Source of the DNA: a virus
Lineage: Duplodnaviria > Caudoviricetes
Reading direction: 5' to 3' (one strand)
IMG/VR virus record: IMGVR_UViG_2870282538_000006
Span: 1 to 64,000 of that record
DNA length: 64,000 bases
The position numbers were made by a program, and so were the translations under genes. The notes below the pieces were generated by a model. The model made no database searches and had not been told where the DNA came from. It saw only the letters and a list, made by a program, of their open reading frames with translations. This document shows, piece by piece, positions 48,483 through 57,508 of this stretch (its first letter is position 1; each line of letters begins with the position of its first letter).

Positions 48483-49004
48483 TTACTCGCTTGGTACTTC
48501 CTGAAGATCTTTTTTTAATTCAATGGCTGATGAATTAAGAGATTGCAAAGATGATGTTATATCGTCCCGAGCGCTTGATTTTGATTTATCAAATGCCTCT
48601 GGTAACTTATCATATATGTTTTGAAAGTCAGAAACCATCGAATCATAATCATTACAAACTTCCGTAAATCGATCAGAAGGACACGTCAAAGTTTCACTTG
48701 TTTTAATAATAGCGAAAATTGTAATAACAGTATCCTGCTTTGTTTTTTCGATCTCTTCACTACTACCTTTGGGATCATCTAAAATAACTAAGCCATCCAG
48801 GGCAGTTCCCATACTTTCAGTTAGTTGTTTGATACTTTCTCTGTAAACCTTTTCTTCTTTGTTTAAAGCCTGTTGTGTGTTTTCTTCTGTGCTTTCAATT
48901 TCTTGATCATCTGACGATTGACTGTCTTTACTTGTTTGGCTACATGCTGCTAAAGTGAGTAGACATGTTAATAGAATAAGGCAACTAAAGTGATGTCTTT
49001 TCAA
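48483..49004 (-). CDS. lipoprotein
   Basis: Signal peptide with LAAC lipobox. Confidence 0.75.
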   Translation of the reverse strand: MKRHHFSCLILLTCLLTLAACSQTSKDSQSSDDQEIESTEENTQQALNKEEKVYRESIKQLTESMGTALDGLVILDDPKGSSEEIEKTKQDTVITIFAIIKTSETLTCPSDRFTEVCNDYDSMVSDFQNIYDKLPEAFDKSKSSARDDITSSLQSLNSSAIELKKDLQEVPSE

Positions 49005-49027
49005 GTTTGTTCTCCTCTTCCAGTTTG

Positions 49028-49249
49028 TTATTTGACTGGAAACAGATAGCTAACATATATATCAATATCGCCGTCTTTATATACAGCAATCTTTTCATTA
49101 TCCTGTTCAATCTTTTGGATAAGATCTTTAGCATCTTTGTTCTTCCTTGGTGTGTTTGCTGCTACAATCCAAGTCCAGTCATTCCATTTATCGACACAAT
49201 CTCTGATCTTTTTAGGGATTTCATGGCCGGTCGTATACACTCTGATCAT
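49028..49249 (-). CDS. hypothetical protein
   Basis: ORF in operon. Confidence 0.5.
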   Translation of the reverse strand: MIRVYTTGHEIPKKIRDCVDKWNDWTWIVAANTPRKNKDAKDLIQKIEQDNEKIAVYKDGDIDIYVSYLFPVK

Positions 49250-49297
49250 CTGTTATTCACCATCCTTCAATGTGTGATATGAAAGAGCAATACGGTT

Positions 49298-49495
49298 CTA
49301 ACTTTTAAGTTTAGCCAAGTTGCTATAAACTTCCTCAATCTCATTATCATACAACTGAAGTTCTTTAGTCACTTTGCCTTCGACTTCAACTTTAAAGTCA
49401 ATTTTGATCTCGTTATTTTCATCAGGGGTATTTATCCTGTAGTATATGGATGCACCATCATCATGGTTGAACTTAATCCACCTATTCTCGTTCAT
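49298..49495 (-). CDS. hypothetical protein
   Basis: AGGAG RBS. Confidence 0.55.
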   Translation of the reverse strand: MNENRWIKFNHDDGASIYYRINTPDENNEIKIDFKVEVEGKVTKELQLYDNEIEEVYSNLAKLKS

Positions 49496-49781
49496 GACTG
49501 CCGTCTCCTTCCTCTTTTAATGCGTGTTCAATTTGATCAGCACTAAAAATCCTGAAGCTATGATCGGCTTCACCTCTAGATAACTTTCCATTGTTTAATA
49601 CTCTTCTACACCAATATAAATCTGAATTTTTATGTCTGTTTTCTATTTCCCATGTTCCGATATTAACTTTAGGCAGCCCCTTATATATTGAAAACTGTTG
49701 GCCAACACTATAAGTAGCTGTTGTCTTTTGCACATTCAATGTTGTATACCCAATAGATCGATAATATTCTTTTGAAGCCAA
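49482..49781 (-). CDS. hypothetical protein
   Basis: GGAGG RBS, TTG start. Confidence 0.55.
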   Translation of the reverse strand: MASKEYYRSIGYTTLNVQKTTATYSVGQQFSIYKGLPKVNIGTWEIENRHKNSDLYWCRRVLNNGKLSRGEADHSFRIFSADQIEHALKEEGDGSHERE

Positions 49782-49933
49782 ATGACACGACCTCCGTATG
49801 TAGCTATATTCCCTGGATTCATATCTGACTTAAAATTAAATGATATCCTTAATCTCATCAGCAGATAAGAAAATAAATCCTTCATCTCCTCTTTTGAGTA
49901 TCGATCCGTCTAGCATTTTTGCAAATATTGGTT

Positions 49934-50752
49934 TCATTTACTTTGCTCCTTCTTTTTAAAATAACCTGCTTTCAGCAATAAAGCGAATTCATTCTCGATA
50001 ATCGATCTATATTTTTGGTCGGTTCTCTTTATATACAGCAAAACAATACTTCTCAAAAAAACAGGAAGTGAACTATATAAATCAATTAATTTTTCAAGGT
50101 TATTAAGAAAATGAAAAGTCTTATCTATATCCCCTTCATAGAACCTGTATTCGCTTGGAATCTCACAAAACCAAATGTGTTGGGCTTTAAAATAAATATT
50201 GATTTCATCAATGTTATATTTGTTGTCCCAATTATACAAAAAGCCAAGCTGTTCAATTTTTTTCTTCAGCCTTTCTCTCTTCCAGTTAAACACGGATTTT
50301 GAGTTTGCACGCTCTTTACTATACTTGTGGTAGCAAACTTTGGCTCTTATTGTCTTCATTCCAATCATTTTGGCTACGGTAATTCTATGGTTCCCGCCAC
50401 TTATTACAAAATAGGAATCCAAATTGTCCAAATACCCTAACTCGATTGGGTCTGGGTCTGTTGTTTCATTTGTTTGAAATGACTGGACATATTGCTGCAA
50501 TCCGTCTTTTTCTATACTGTCTAATAAAAGGTCTATTTTTTCATTCATGATGAGAAAGTTTCCGAGCCATGAATGAGTGGCATCTATGCGAGGTCCACCC
50601 TTTACTTTGTCTAATGACACTACCACTTGTTCACTTTCAAGTCCATCGTAAAGTGACAAATCAGGCAATGACAGAGGATATGTATGTTCCATTAAATTGA
50701 CTTGTTCTTGTTTAACACCTGAATTCAATATTCGTTGGATTCTTTCAGACAA
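49934..50752 (-). CDS. ParB/Srx-like domain protein
   Basis: PIEL...YFVISGGNHRITVAKMIG. Confidence 0.6.
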   Translation of the reverse strand: MSERIQRILNSGVKQEQVNLMEHTYPLSLPDLSLYDGLESEQVVVSLDKVKGGPRIDATHSWLGNFLIMNEKIDLLLDSIEKDGLQQYVQSFQTNETTDPDPIELGYLDNLDSYFVISGGNHRITVAKMIGMKTIRAKVCYHKYSKERANSKSVFNWKRERLKKKIEQLGFLYNWDNKYNIDEINIYFKAQHIWFCEIPSEYRFYEGDIDKTFHFLNNLEKLIDLYSSLPVFLRSIVLLYIKRTDQKYRSIIENEFALLLKAGYFKKKEQSK

Positions 50753-50800
50753 ATTAGAACTTCCTTTTGTGGTCCAATAGTTAAATGTAAATAACAGAAC

Positions 50801-51097
50801 TTAATCTAAATAATCCTTCATATTGTTATTTCTGCTTTTCAATTTTTTGATGCCTTCTTGTAAAACATTATTTAGATTGATTGCCTCATCTTCAGAAATT
50901 AGACTCGAGTTTTCTAAAAGTTTGTTTGTATCCATAATCATATGACCCATCATTTCTATACACTCTTCATTGAACTGCAAAAGTTCGTGCCATTCTTCTT
51001 TTGAGATGTCTCCACCTACATATTTGGACATTAGCTCTTGCAGCTTGTGAAGATGAGTATGAAAAATTAATTCTTTTACCGACGATTCATTCTTCAT
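50801..51097 (-). CDS. hypothetical protein
   Basis: 98 aa. Confidence 0.6.
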   Translation of the reverse strand: MKNESSVKELIFHTHLHKLQELMSKYVGGDISKEEWHELLQFNEECIEMMGHMIMDTNKLLENSSLISEDEAINLNNVLQEGIKKLKSRNNNMKDYLD

Positions 51098-51103
51098 TGT
51101 CTA

Positions 51104-51481
51104 TCACCCTTCAACTCTTTCTGTAGATGTGAAATCCGGAAACATAAGTCGCTGTGATGTCATGAGCTCATTTGCTTTTTTCCTGAATTCTTCAGACCTA
51201 TATTTCCAGTTAAAGTTTAATATTCCTCCGTAAAATTTACTTAAGCCAATAAAACCACCAGTTTCAACTTCTGTCCTGAAGGGGTTTTCATCAAAATTTG
51301 CAAGATTCCCTGCTCTTTTCTGTTCAATAACTTCCCGTGTACTTTTTTCGATTGCATCAAAATTATATTTCTTTGCAATGCAATTAGCTTCCCACAATCT
51401 TGGGATAATTTCATCGAATGGATTAAAACTGACATCCATCAGCAGTGCAGTCATCAACAAGATCTTCTCTTGTTTGTCCAT
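51104..51481 (-). CDS. hypothetical protein
   Basis: AAGGAG RBS. Confidence 0.6.
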   Translation of the reverse strand: MDKQEKILLMTALLMDVSFNPFDEIIPRLWEANCIAKKYNFDAIEKSTREVIEQKRAGNLANFDENPFRTEVETGGFIGLSKFYGGILNFNWKYRSEEFRKKANELMTSQRLMFPDFTSTERVEG

Positions 51482-51561
51482 TGTTTTCTCTCCTTTTTAA
51501 TTCCGTTTCACTTTATTTAGAACCTTCTATCTTCCCAATAGGCTCAACTCAAAGCAATAAA

Positions 51562-51957
51562 TTATTCTTCATCTGATTGATCATTTTCATAGTACAATTT
51601 ATAATTTTTTATGGTTTTTGTTTCAATGTCACCCGAAAAATTACCGTCATTATACTCTTGCTGTAAATACACTTCTTCATCATCCTTCAAGACGCTTTCT
51701 GCCTCCTCAATATCAGAGATCGCATCAGTCCCTATTCCGTCGTTTGTGGAAAATACGAGGCATCTATTCAAAAGCGTCCCATCATTAAGACTTATATCAG
51801 CTAAAACAAATCCATTTGGCCTTAGTTCGTCAATTTTTGAATTTCTGTCCCAAATCGCTTCTTGCAATACACTTCTAACAGCATTAGTTTTTGCTTCATG
51901 TAAAGCCTCTTCTAATTCAACGATCTCTTCTTTAAGATCCATTATTAGTGACCGCAT
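51562..51957 (-). CDS. hypothetical acidic protein
   Basis: GGAGG RBS. Confidence 0.6.
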   Translation of the reverse strand: MRSLIMDLKEEIVELEEALHEAKTNAVRSVLQEAIWDRNSKIDELRPNGFVLADISLNDGTLLNRCLVFSTNDGIGTDAISDIEEAESVLKDDEEVYLQQEYNDGNFSGDIETKTIKNYKLYYENDQSDEE

Positions 51958-51959
51958 TG

Positions 51960-52178
51960 TTATTCCTCCTTTTCTTTCTTTATTTCTTCAAGATCATGAA
52001 GAAATTCTTCTATCAATCTCTTTTCAGCTTCCAACATCAAGACTTTGTACTCCTCTTTTACTGTTAATTCTATTTCCTTGCGCTTTGTATAAAGTTTTTC
52101 AAGCATTACTTTTCGTCGTTGTAGTCGATTTTTGTAGTCCTGTAAAGCATCCTCCAAAGCGCTATATGGCTTCACCAT
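51960..52178 (-). CDS. small coiled-coil protein
   Basis: 72 aa. Confidence 0.55.
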   Translation of the reverse strand: MVKPYSALEDALQDYKNRLQRRKVMLEKLYTKRKEIELTVKEEYKVLMLEAEKRLIEEFLHDLEEIKKEKEE

Positions 52179-52213
52179 TCGATCAACTCTCTTCTGTTAG
52201 TCCGATTTCTTGT

Positions 52214-52417
52214 TTACATTTTCCCCGCGATCTCATAAATTAAAGCCTTTAAATCCTGTTCATTGCTTGATTCTCTATCTATTAGATCAACAATATCAAA
52301 TAGCTCTTTTCCCATTTCATCTGTAAGGCTTGCATTGTGTTTTTGATAAAATGCTGTTATTGCTTCTTTAATTTTTCCGTAATTCACTTTTTGAATTTGA
52401 TCGATTGATTTTGCCAT
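52214..52417 (-). CDS. hypothetical protein (start MAKSI)
   Basis: GAGGAG RBS. Confidence 0.55.
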   Translation of the reverse strand: MAKSIDQIQKVNYGKIKEAITAFYQKHNASLTDEMGKELFDIVDLIDRESSNEQDLKALIYEIAGKM

Positions 52418-52463
52418 TTCTCTTCTCCTCTTTCCACCATTGTATTTATTAAAATGTTTTCTT

Positions 52464-52516
52464 AACTTCATCTGCACCATATTTAATCCATTTTTAAATA
52501 TGGTGCAGATGAAGTT
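52464..52516. repeat. perfect 23-bp inverted repeat, 7-nt loop
   Basis: AACTTCATCTGCACCATATTTAA and its exact reverse complement. Confidence 0.85.
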
Positions 52517-52684
52517 GTAAAATCATTAAACTCCTCGAGTAAGACTTTATAATAACCGATATTTTCACTATCTTTGCTTACTATGTATCCAATGTAATTT
52601 CCATCTATTAATTTAACTTTCTCTGCGAACTTAAACAAATCAATTCTCTCCCCTTATATCGGATTAATTGTAAATATTTTTAAG

Positions 52685-52712
52685 AAAAGCCGTAGAGAAA
52701 CTCTACGGCTTG
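52685..52712 (-). terminator. intrinsic terminator after the SNF2 gene
   Basis: AAGCCGTAGAG/CTCTACGGCTT stem plus U tract. Confidence 0.7.
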
Positions 52713-54584
52713 TTAAGCAGGCTGTAATGATTTTAAACGTTTCTTAGCAAGCTTTTCAAAAGCAATTTTGGAGAAATCTTGAGACCTGTTTGAAATCTTT
52801 TCAGATTGGCCAGTTAAAATGGTATTTGCAAGCAAACTCTTCTTATGAAGCATTTCAATTAAATGCTCTTCAAAGGAACCTGACATAACATAATAATACA
52901 TCGTTATGTTATTAAATTTGTTCCCTGTGCGATCAATCCTGCCATTCCGCTGCTCGATTTCTGTAGCAGTATAAGGCAGATCGAAATGAATCATATAGTT
53001 TGCTACCTGAAGATTTAAACCGGTGCTCCCCGCCCTAGTGCTTATGAATATTTTAGTGTTTGGATCTTCTCTAAAACGCTGGACTGCATTTTCCTTCTCT
53101 CGATCAGAAATTTGTCCCGTATACAAGACAGCATGTGGCAGCTGATTATAAATCATCCGAGCCATGCGCTCATATTCGGTAAATATCACTATCTTAGAGG
53201 AAGGTTCGTCATTCATTATTTGCTTTGCAAAGTCCTTGAGTTGATCAAGTTTTGGAGATTTCTTTATATCCTTTTCTGAAAGGCCCAGTTCACTAATAAT
53301 GCTTTTAGACATATTAGATGCTTCTTCATGCGATAAAAGCTCTGGTGTATCACATGTTTCAACCAAGAAAGTTTGAAGCCCCTGGATCACAGAATCATAG
53401 TATTCCCTAAGTTGCTCTGGCGAGAGTAATTGACCATTCACCACTTTAGAACCGCTTATCTTTCTGGATTCACCTTTCAAGTCTTCTATCTTGTTGAGTA
53501 AGCTTTCTTGAAGTTTTTCTTGAGCTTCAGTCATTTCTAAGAAAACATGAGAATGCGTCACAGCTGGCAGCTGTTGTTGAATTTCAGGCATTTCTTTTGT
53601 TCTTCTAATAAAATGCGGGGCTATCCTGTAATACAATTCACCTAAGTTTTGGGAACCTGTTATTCCATAGCGAGGATGGTACTTACAGAATCTTTCTCTA
53701 AAGATTTCCCAACTGCCTAAGATGTTAGGATCTACAAAGTTAAATAAACTCCATATCTCTTCCGCTTTAGATTGGACCGGTGTTGCTGTGGCAATAAAAC
53801 GATAAGGGATATAATCCAATTCATAGCAAGCTGCGGCGTTTTGAGAAGGCTTAATGCCCAGGTATTTATCTGAAACCCCAGATTTTATTTTCTGAGCTTC
53901 GTCCAAAGCTACAACTTGAAAAGAAATTTTCTTTATTTCATCCATGTATTGCTTATTTCTTAAAGTTTCATAATTAACCACAAGATAGCGCACATCCCGC
54001 CTGGATGCAAAACCTTTGATTAACTTCTTACGTTTTGCCGGAGGGCCATACACTGCTATTGCTGGTTCTCCAGAGAATTTTTCAATTTCTTTCGCCCATT
54101 GTCGCTTCAGGGAGTTTAATGTGACAATTAATACTCTCTCTGCTTTCCCTCGATTTATAAGGATTTGAGCTGCACCTATAATCTGGCAGGTTTTACCCAA
54201 GCCTACTCCATCAAAAATAGCAGCACGGCCTCGGTCAGCTAAGAAGTGTGCACCAACTTTCTGATAAGGATAGGGCTTTAAATTCCATGATTTAAAATCA
54301 TCATCATTTTCCCATGATAAATGTTTCTTAACGAGATCATCTTCAACTTCGCAGCCCTTTAATATCTCTTTTAACGGTTGATTCCATATAATCTGATTAT
54401 TAAAATGGCGTAGTAAATCGCCAATAGATTCTTTTCCAAACATCCACTCTCCAGTTAACTGATTAAAGGAGCGGCCATCTATATATCGAATCTTTTCCAG
54501 GGTATGTTCAAATGTTTCTTGAGTATCAAGGATTCTTACATACAAATTACCGTATTGTTCACGGACCTGAATCATGAATATCAC
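52713..54584 (-). CDS. SNF2-family helicase
   Basis: GLGKT, DEAQ, TATP, GLNLQ, QRNGRIDR. Confidence 0.9.
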   Translation of the reverse strand: MIFMIQVREQYGNLYVRILDTQETFEHTLEKIRYIDGRSFNQLTGEWMFGKESIGDLLRHFNNQIIWNQPLKEILKGCEVEDDLVKKHLSWENDDDFKSWNLKPYPYQKVGAHFLADRGRAAIFDGVGLGKTCQIIGAAQILINRGKAERVLIVTLNSLKRQWAKEIEKFSGEPAIAVYGPPAKRKKLIKGFASRRDVRYLVVNYETLRNKQYMDEIKKISFQVVALDEAQKIKSGVSDKYLGIKPSQNAAACYELDYIPYRFIATATPVQSKAEEIWSLFNFVDPNILGSWEIFRERFCKYHPRYGITGSQNLGELYYRIAPHFIRRTKEMPEIQQQLPAVTHSHVFLEMTEAQEKLQESLLNKIEDLKGESRKISGSKVVNGQLLSPEQLREYYDSVIQGLQTFLVETCDTPELLSHEEASNMSKSIISELGLSEKDIKKSPKLDQLKDFAKQIMNDEPSSKIVIFTEYERMARMIYNQLPHAVLYTGQISDREKENAVQRFREDPNTKIFISTRAGSTGLNLQVANYMIHFDLPYTATEIEQRNGRIDRTGNKFNNITMYYYVMSGSFEEHLIEMLHKKSLLANTILTGQSEKISNRSQDFSKIAFEKLAKKRLKSLQPA

Positions 54585-54759
54585 TCCTCTCTATTTATAG
54601 CAATCAGTTTCGAGCGATTATTCATTAATTATACTATATTTCTCGCACGTAAAACAATAAAGCTATCTTATTCTTGAATTTTTTCAAAATGAAGGATAAT
54701 TTTTAGGGGCGTTATTAAGTAGGGATTTCATTTAAAATAAAGAACATCTACATCAATAT

Positions 54760-54788
54760 TTGTCACGCAGCTTTTTTTCGTCTATAAT
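54760..54788 (+). promoter_or_regulatory. sigma-A promoter for ORF-less transcript
   Basis: TTGTCA-17-TATAAT. Confidence 0.75.
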
Positions 54789-54794
54789 GTCGTT

Positions 54795-55131
54795 AGAAAG
54801 CAACAGTTGAATATACTAATAAAGGGAATGTTGAGGTGGGAAAGGTGCCCCACACGCTACATCTTGATGTAGTTACCAGAGATCCTGGGTACGCCGACCA
54901 GGCAACATTCCGGCTAAAGAGAAGTTCCTGACAATGTTAGGAGCTTTTTTAACTGTTGTAGCAGTCGAGTTAGAAGTACGAAGTGACTCTCAAGGGGCTG
55001 ACTCAAAGCAAATAAGGTTTTCCCTTTGAACTTTTGAAGGGTTCAAGAATAGAGCACGGCAATTGCCTCGAGGGTATTTTATTTTTTAATTAAGATGGCT
55101 GTCATTCTTAGACAGCCATCTTAATTATTTT
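54795..55131 (+). ncRNA. unidentified structured non-coding RNA
   Basis: Promoter, nested stems with G-U pairs on the plus strand, terminator, no RBS-led ORF. Confidence 0.6.
55087..55131. terminator. bidirectional terminator
   Basis: 17-bp stem TAATTAAGATGGCTGTC/GACAGCCATCTTAATTA between convergent units. Confidence 0.75.
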
Positions 55132-56113
55132 ATGTCCATGGTAAAGTGACATTACTTCCTGCTGTTATTGGAGGTTGCTCATGTGAAAGTGGAATTGTTG
55201 ATTCTTCGTTTTCACTAATTTGCCTAGAATCTTTAAGACTAAATGCCGGCACAAATCCACTTTGTTTTCCAAATGGAGATCCTTGAAAATCATCAAACGA
55301 AATTTGATTTGATTCATGACTAGGTAATCCTTGTTCAATAGCTTTTTTAAACGCAACTTCCATAATTGCTTGCTCATAAATATAAGCAAGAGCTTTATAT
55401 TCATTTGTAATTACTTGAATCCATTCCGGAGGTGCAGCTTCTACATCAACTGCAAATGAACCATTAGGATGAATCATAAATTGTCCATTGTTACTTGCGA
55501 TTTTTGCATTCAGGATTGGCGGTTGATTTGTGTTTTGATGAACACGATAAAAGCGTGCCTTCCCTGGTGCGAAGCTTGCATTAGACTCTGTAAACATATC
55601 AACGGTTCGATCCCACCGATCCTCACTACCAATGATGTAATAATTTCCGCTATTATCATTAGAAAGCACCACATTAAAAGGAATGCTCAACATATAAAAT
55701 GGTGACTCTTCATCAATTACGGTAAGTACAACAAGTACAGAGTTAGCTTGAGACGTAACAGTCAATCGAACGTTATTATTATGCTCATAAATAGCTCTTC
55801 TGCGACCACCTTTCATCACTTCAACATTTTGGTTTTCTAGAAAGTAATGATTTGCTGTCAAGATTAAGTTATGAATTTTAGAAAACTTATAAATTGAAAG
55901 AGTTGAAAAAGTTTGAGCCCCATCATATAGACGCTGGCCATTATTCTGCGCTGTTGGAAAATACTTAATAGACCAGCAAGAAGTAAATGAGTCGCCCATA
56001 TCTGTTACTACTACAGGGTATTTTTTCTTCCCGCTTCTGGTTACAGGATCTTGAACATCCACACGGATTGATGATGAAACGATTTGTTTAATATTGTTTA
56101 AAATTGATGACAT
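55130..56113 (-). CDS. hypothetical protein (327 aa)
   Basis: AAGGGGA RBS; beta-rich core, disordered tail. Confidence 0.75.
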   Translation of the reverse strand: MSSILNNIKQIVSSSIRVDVQDPVTRSGKKKYPVVVTDMGDSFTSCWSIKYFPTAQNNGQRLYDGAQTFSTLSIYKFSKIHNLILTANHYFLENQNVEVMKGGRRRAIYEHNNNVRLTVTSQANSVLVVLTVIDEESPFYMLSIPFNVVLSNDNSGNYYIIGSEDRWDRTVDMFTESNASFAPGKARFYRVHQNTNQPPILNAKIASNNGQFMIHPNGSFAVDVEAAPPEWIQVITNEYKALAYIYEQAIMEVAFKKAIEQGLPSHESNQISFDDFQGSPFGKQSGFVPAFSLKDSRQISENEESTIPLSHEQPPITAGSNVTLPWT

Positions 56114-56268
56114 TGTATATGTCCCCTTTCTTGGTTATCTTTTTTCTTTTGTTTTGAAATACCTTTCTAACATCTCTCTTAAAGCTAATACGACAAGGAG
56201 TAAAGGAATAAAATAAAGTTGTCCTGATAAACAAAAGATAATAAACATAAATGCACAAATGTTATAAG

Positions 56269-56523
56269 TCATGAAAGAACAACTGCTTGTTTAAGGATTA
56301 ACCTTTCTACGACATGATTTTCATCTTCAAGCATGATTACTTGAGACATTTTAAACAAAGCTTTATCTGTCTTGTCTTCTTTAATATCAGTAACAATTTC
56401 TTTGTTTAAAGCATCAATTGCATTCAATAAGTAAATATGTTGAAGTTCTATTTTTATCCCTTCTAACACACTACGAACCTCTTCTCTTGATGTAGCTGAT
56501 TTTATTTGGTTAACGGTTTTCAT
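56269..56523 (-). CDS. hypothetical protein (start MKTVN)
   Basis: GGAGG RBS. Confidence 0.6.
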   Translation of the reverse strand: MKTVNQIKSATSREEVRSVLEGIKIELQHIYLLNAIDALNKEIVTDIKEDKTDKALFKMSQVIMLEDENHVVERLILKQAVVLS

Positions 56524-56572
56524 ATTAATTCCCTCCTGGATTTTCTTTAACAATGCAATTTGTCATCTAAAT

Positions 56573-56586
56573 GCCCCGGATGGGGC
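56573..56586. repeat. dispersed hairpin motif copy 5
   Basis: GCCCC-GGAT-GGGGC. Confidence 0.8.
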
Positions 56587-56695
56587 TGGAACATTTCATA
56601 TTTATATAAAAAATAAATCATATTTAAATACGAAATATGATTTATTAAATATTTAATATTTCATTCTTTTTTATGAAATACGAAATATTGAATAT

Positions 56696-56726
56696 AAAAA
56701 AATAAAAAAGGCACCATTTGGTGCCC
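56696..56726 (-). terminator. intrinsic terminator
   Basis: GGCACC-AAAT-GGTGCC plus long U tract. Confidence 0.75.
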
Positions 56727-56832
56727 CCTACCCAAAATCAAAGGAGTGGATTGCTAATCAGACAACCCGGACTGCTACAGAATACGGGTTCTATAGCAGA
56801 TATGCGTCTGATCATGGTCCATCTGTGATGCA

Positions 56833-56919
56833 TCATAATGCAAATATTGCACAGATACTAAATACAGTGACCACAATTGCAGCAATCATTCCTACAGTAT
56901 CTCTCCACGTTCGCTTCAT
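56833..56919 (-). CDS. 28-aa hydrophobic peptide (not in track)
   Basis: AAGGAAGG RBS; MKRTWRDTVGMIAAIVVTVFSICAIFAL. Confidence 0.55.
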   Translation of the reverse strand: MKRTWRDTVGMIAAIVVTVFSICAIFAL

Positions 56920-56938
56920 ATCGTTATACCTTCCTTTA

Positions 56939-57157
56939 TTAGTGAGTCACTACTTGCAGTTGTGATAAGACATCTACTTGTAATGCTTCATCATCTTCTA
57001 TATAAAGTGTAAATGTCTCCTGAAGATCTTCAGGATTATCTCTTGAATTCAAAATCACATCTTTTATATGATGCAATTGATCTTGAAGCTTAGCCACAAT
57101 AGCATATGAGTCATCAATTTGCTTTTTAATAGCGAGATCAACTACTTTCATAGTCAC
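56939..57157 (-). CDS. hypothetical protein
   Basis: GTGA-coupled. Confidence 0.55.
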   Translation of the reverse strand: MTMKVVDLAIKKQIDDSYAIVAKLQDQLHHIKDVILNSRDNPEDLQETFTLYIEDDEALQVDVLSQLQVVTH

Positions 57158-57492
57158 TGTCCTTTCTTTTGTGCAACTGGAATCAAAAGAATATCACCTG
57201 GTTGAATTAACATTGGATTGGTGATTTGATTTTTCTCCATAGCTAGCTCGACAAAATCACGGGAATCCCATCCCCAAGGTGTATAATCATTCTTTTGCTG
57301 CACAATTTCCATTAACGAGTCATCTTTCTGCACTTCATATTCAACATATTGAATTTCATAATTGCGAATATTCAATGCCCAAAACAATAAAGCAGCTACT
57401 ACAGCTGCTATCACCAATACAGTTATTAGATTCTCCCAGTGTATCCTTTTCCACAGCGCTTTTTTCTTTAATGCAATAACTATTTCAGTCAT
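57154..57492 (-). CDS. yneA: YneA-like TM-LysM cell division inhibitor
   Basis: TM then QYVEYEVQKDDSL...DFVE...KNQI...IQPGD, resembling B. subtilis YneA. Confidence 0.65.
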   Translation of the reverse strand: MTEIVIALKKKALWKRIHWENLITVLVIAAVVAALLFWALNIRNYEIQYVEYEVQKDDSLMEIVQQKNDYTPWGWDSRDFVELAMEKNQITNPMLIQPGDILLIPVAQKKGQ

Positions 57493-57508
57493 CTTAATCC
57501 CACCTTTT

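Noticed and set aside
51611-52243. 210-aa plus-strand ORF and similar antisense ORFs (e.g. 8042-8551, 2068-2427)
   Set aside because: Shadow frames of minus-strand genes, no RBS, Ser/Phe-biased
52464-52516. Protelomerase telomere site
   Set aside because: Has an asymmetric 7-nt spacer and no protelomerase gene is visible
54795-55080. SAM-I riboswitch, T-box, RNase P or SRP RNA
   Set aside because: Only short look-alike words (AAGGTGC, GGCAAC) in the wrong order; core motifs absent; no downstream ORF
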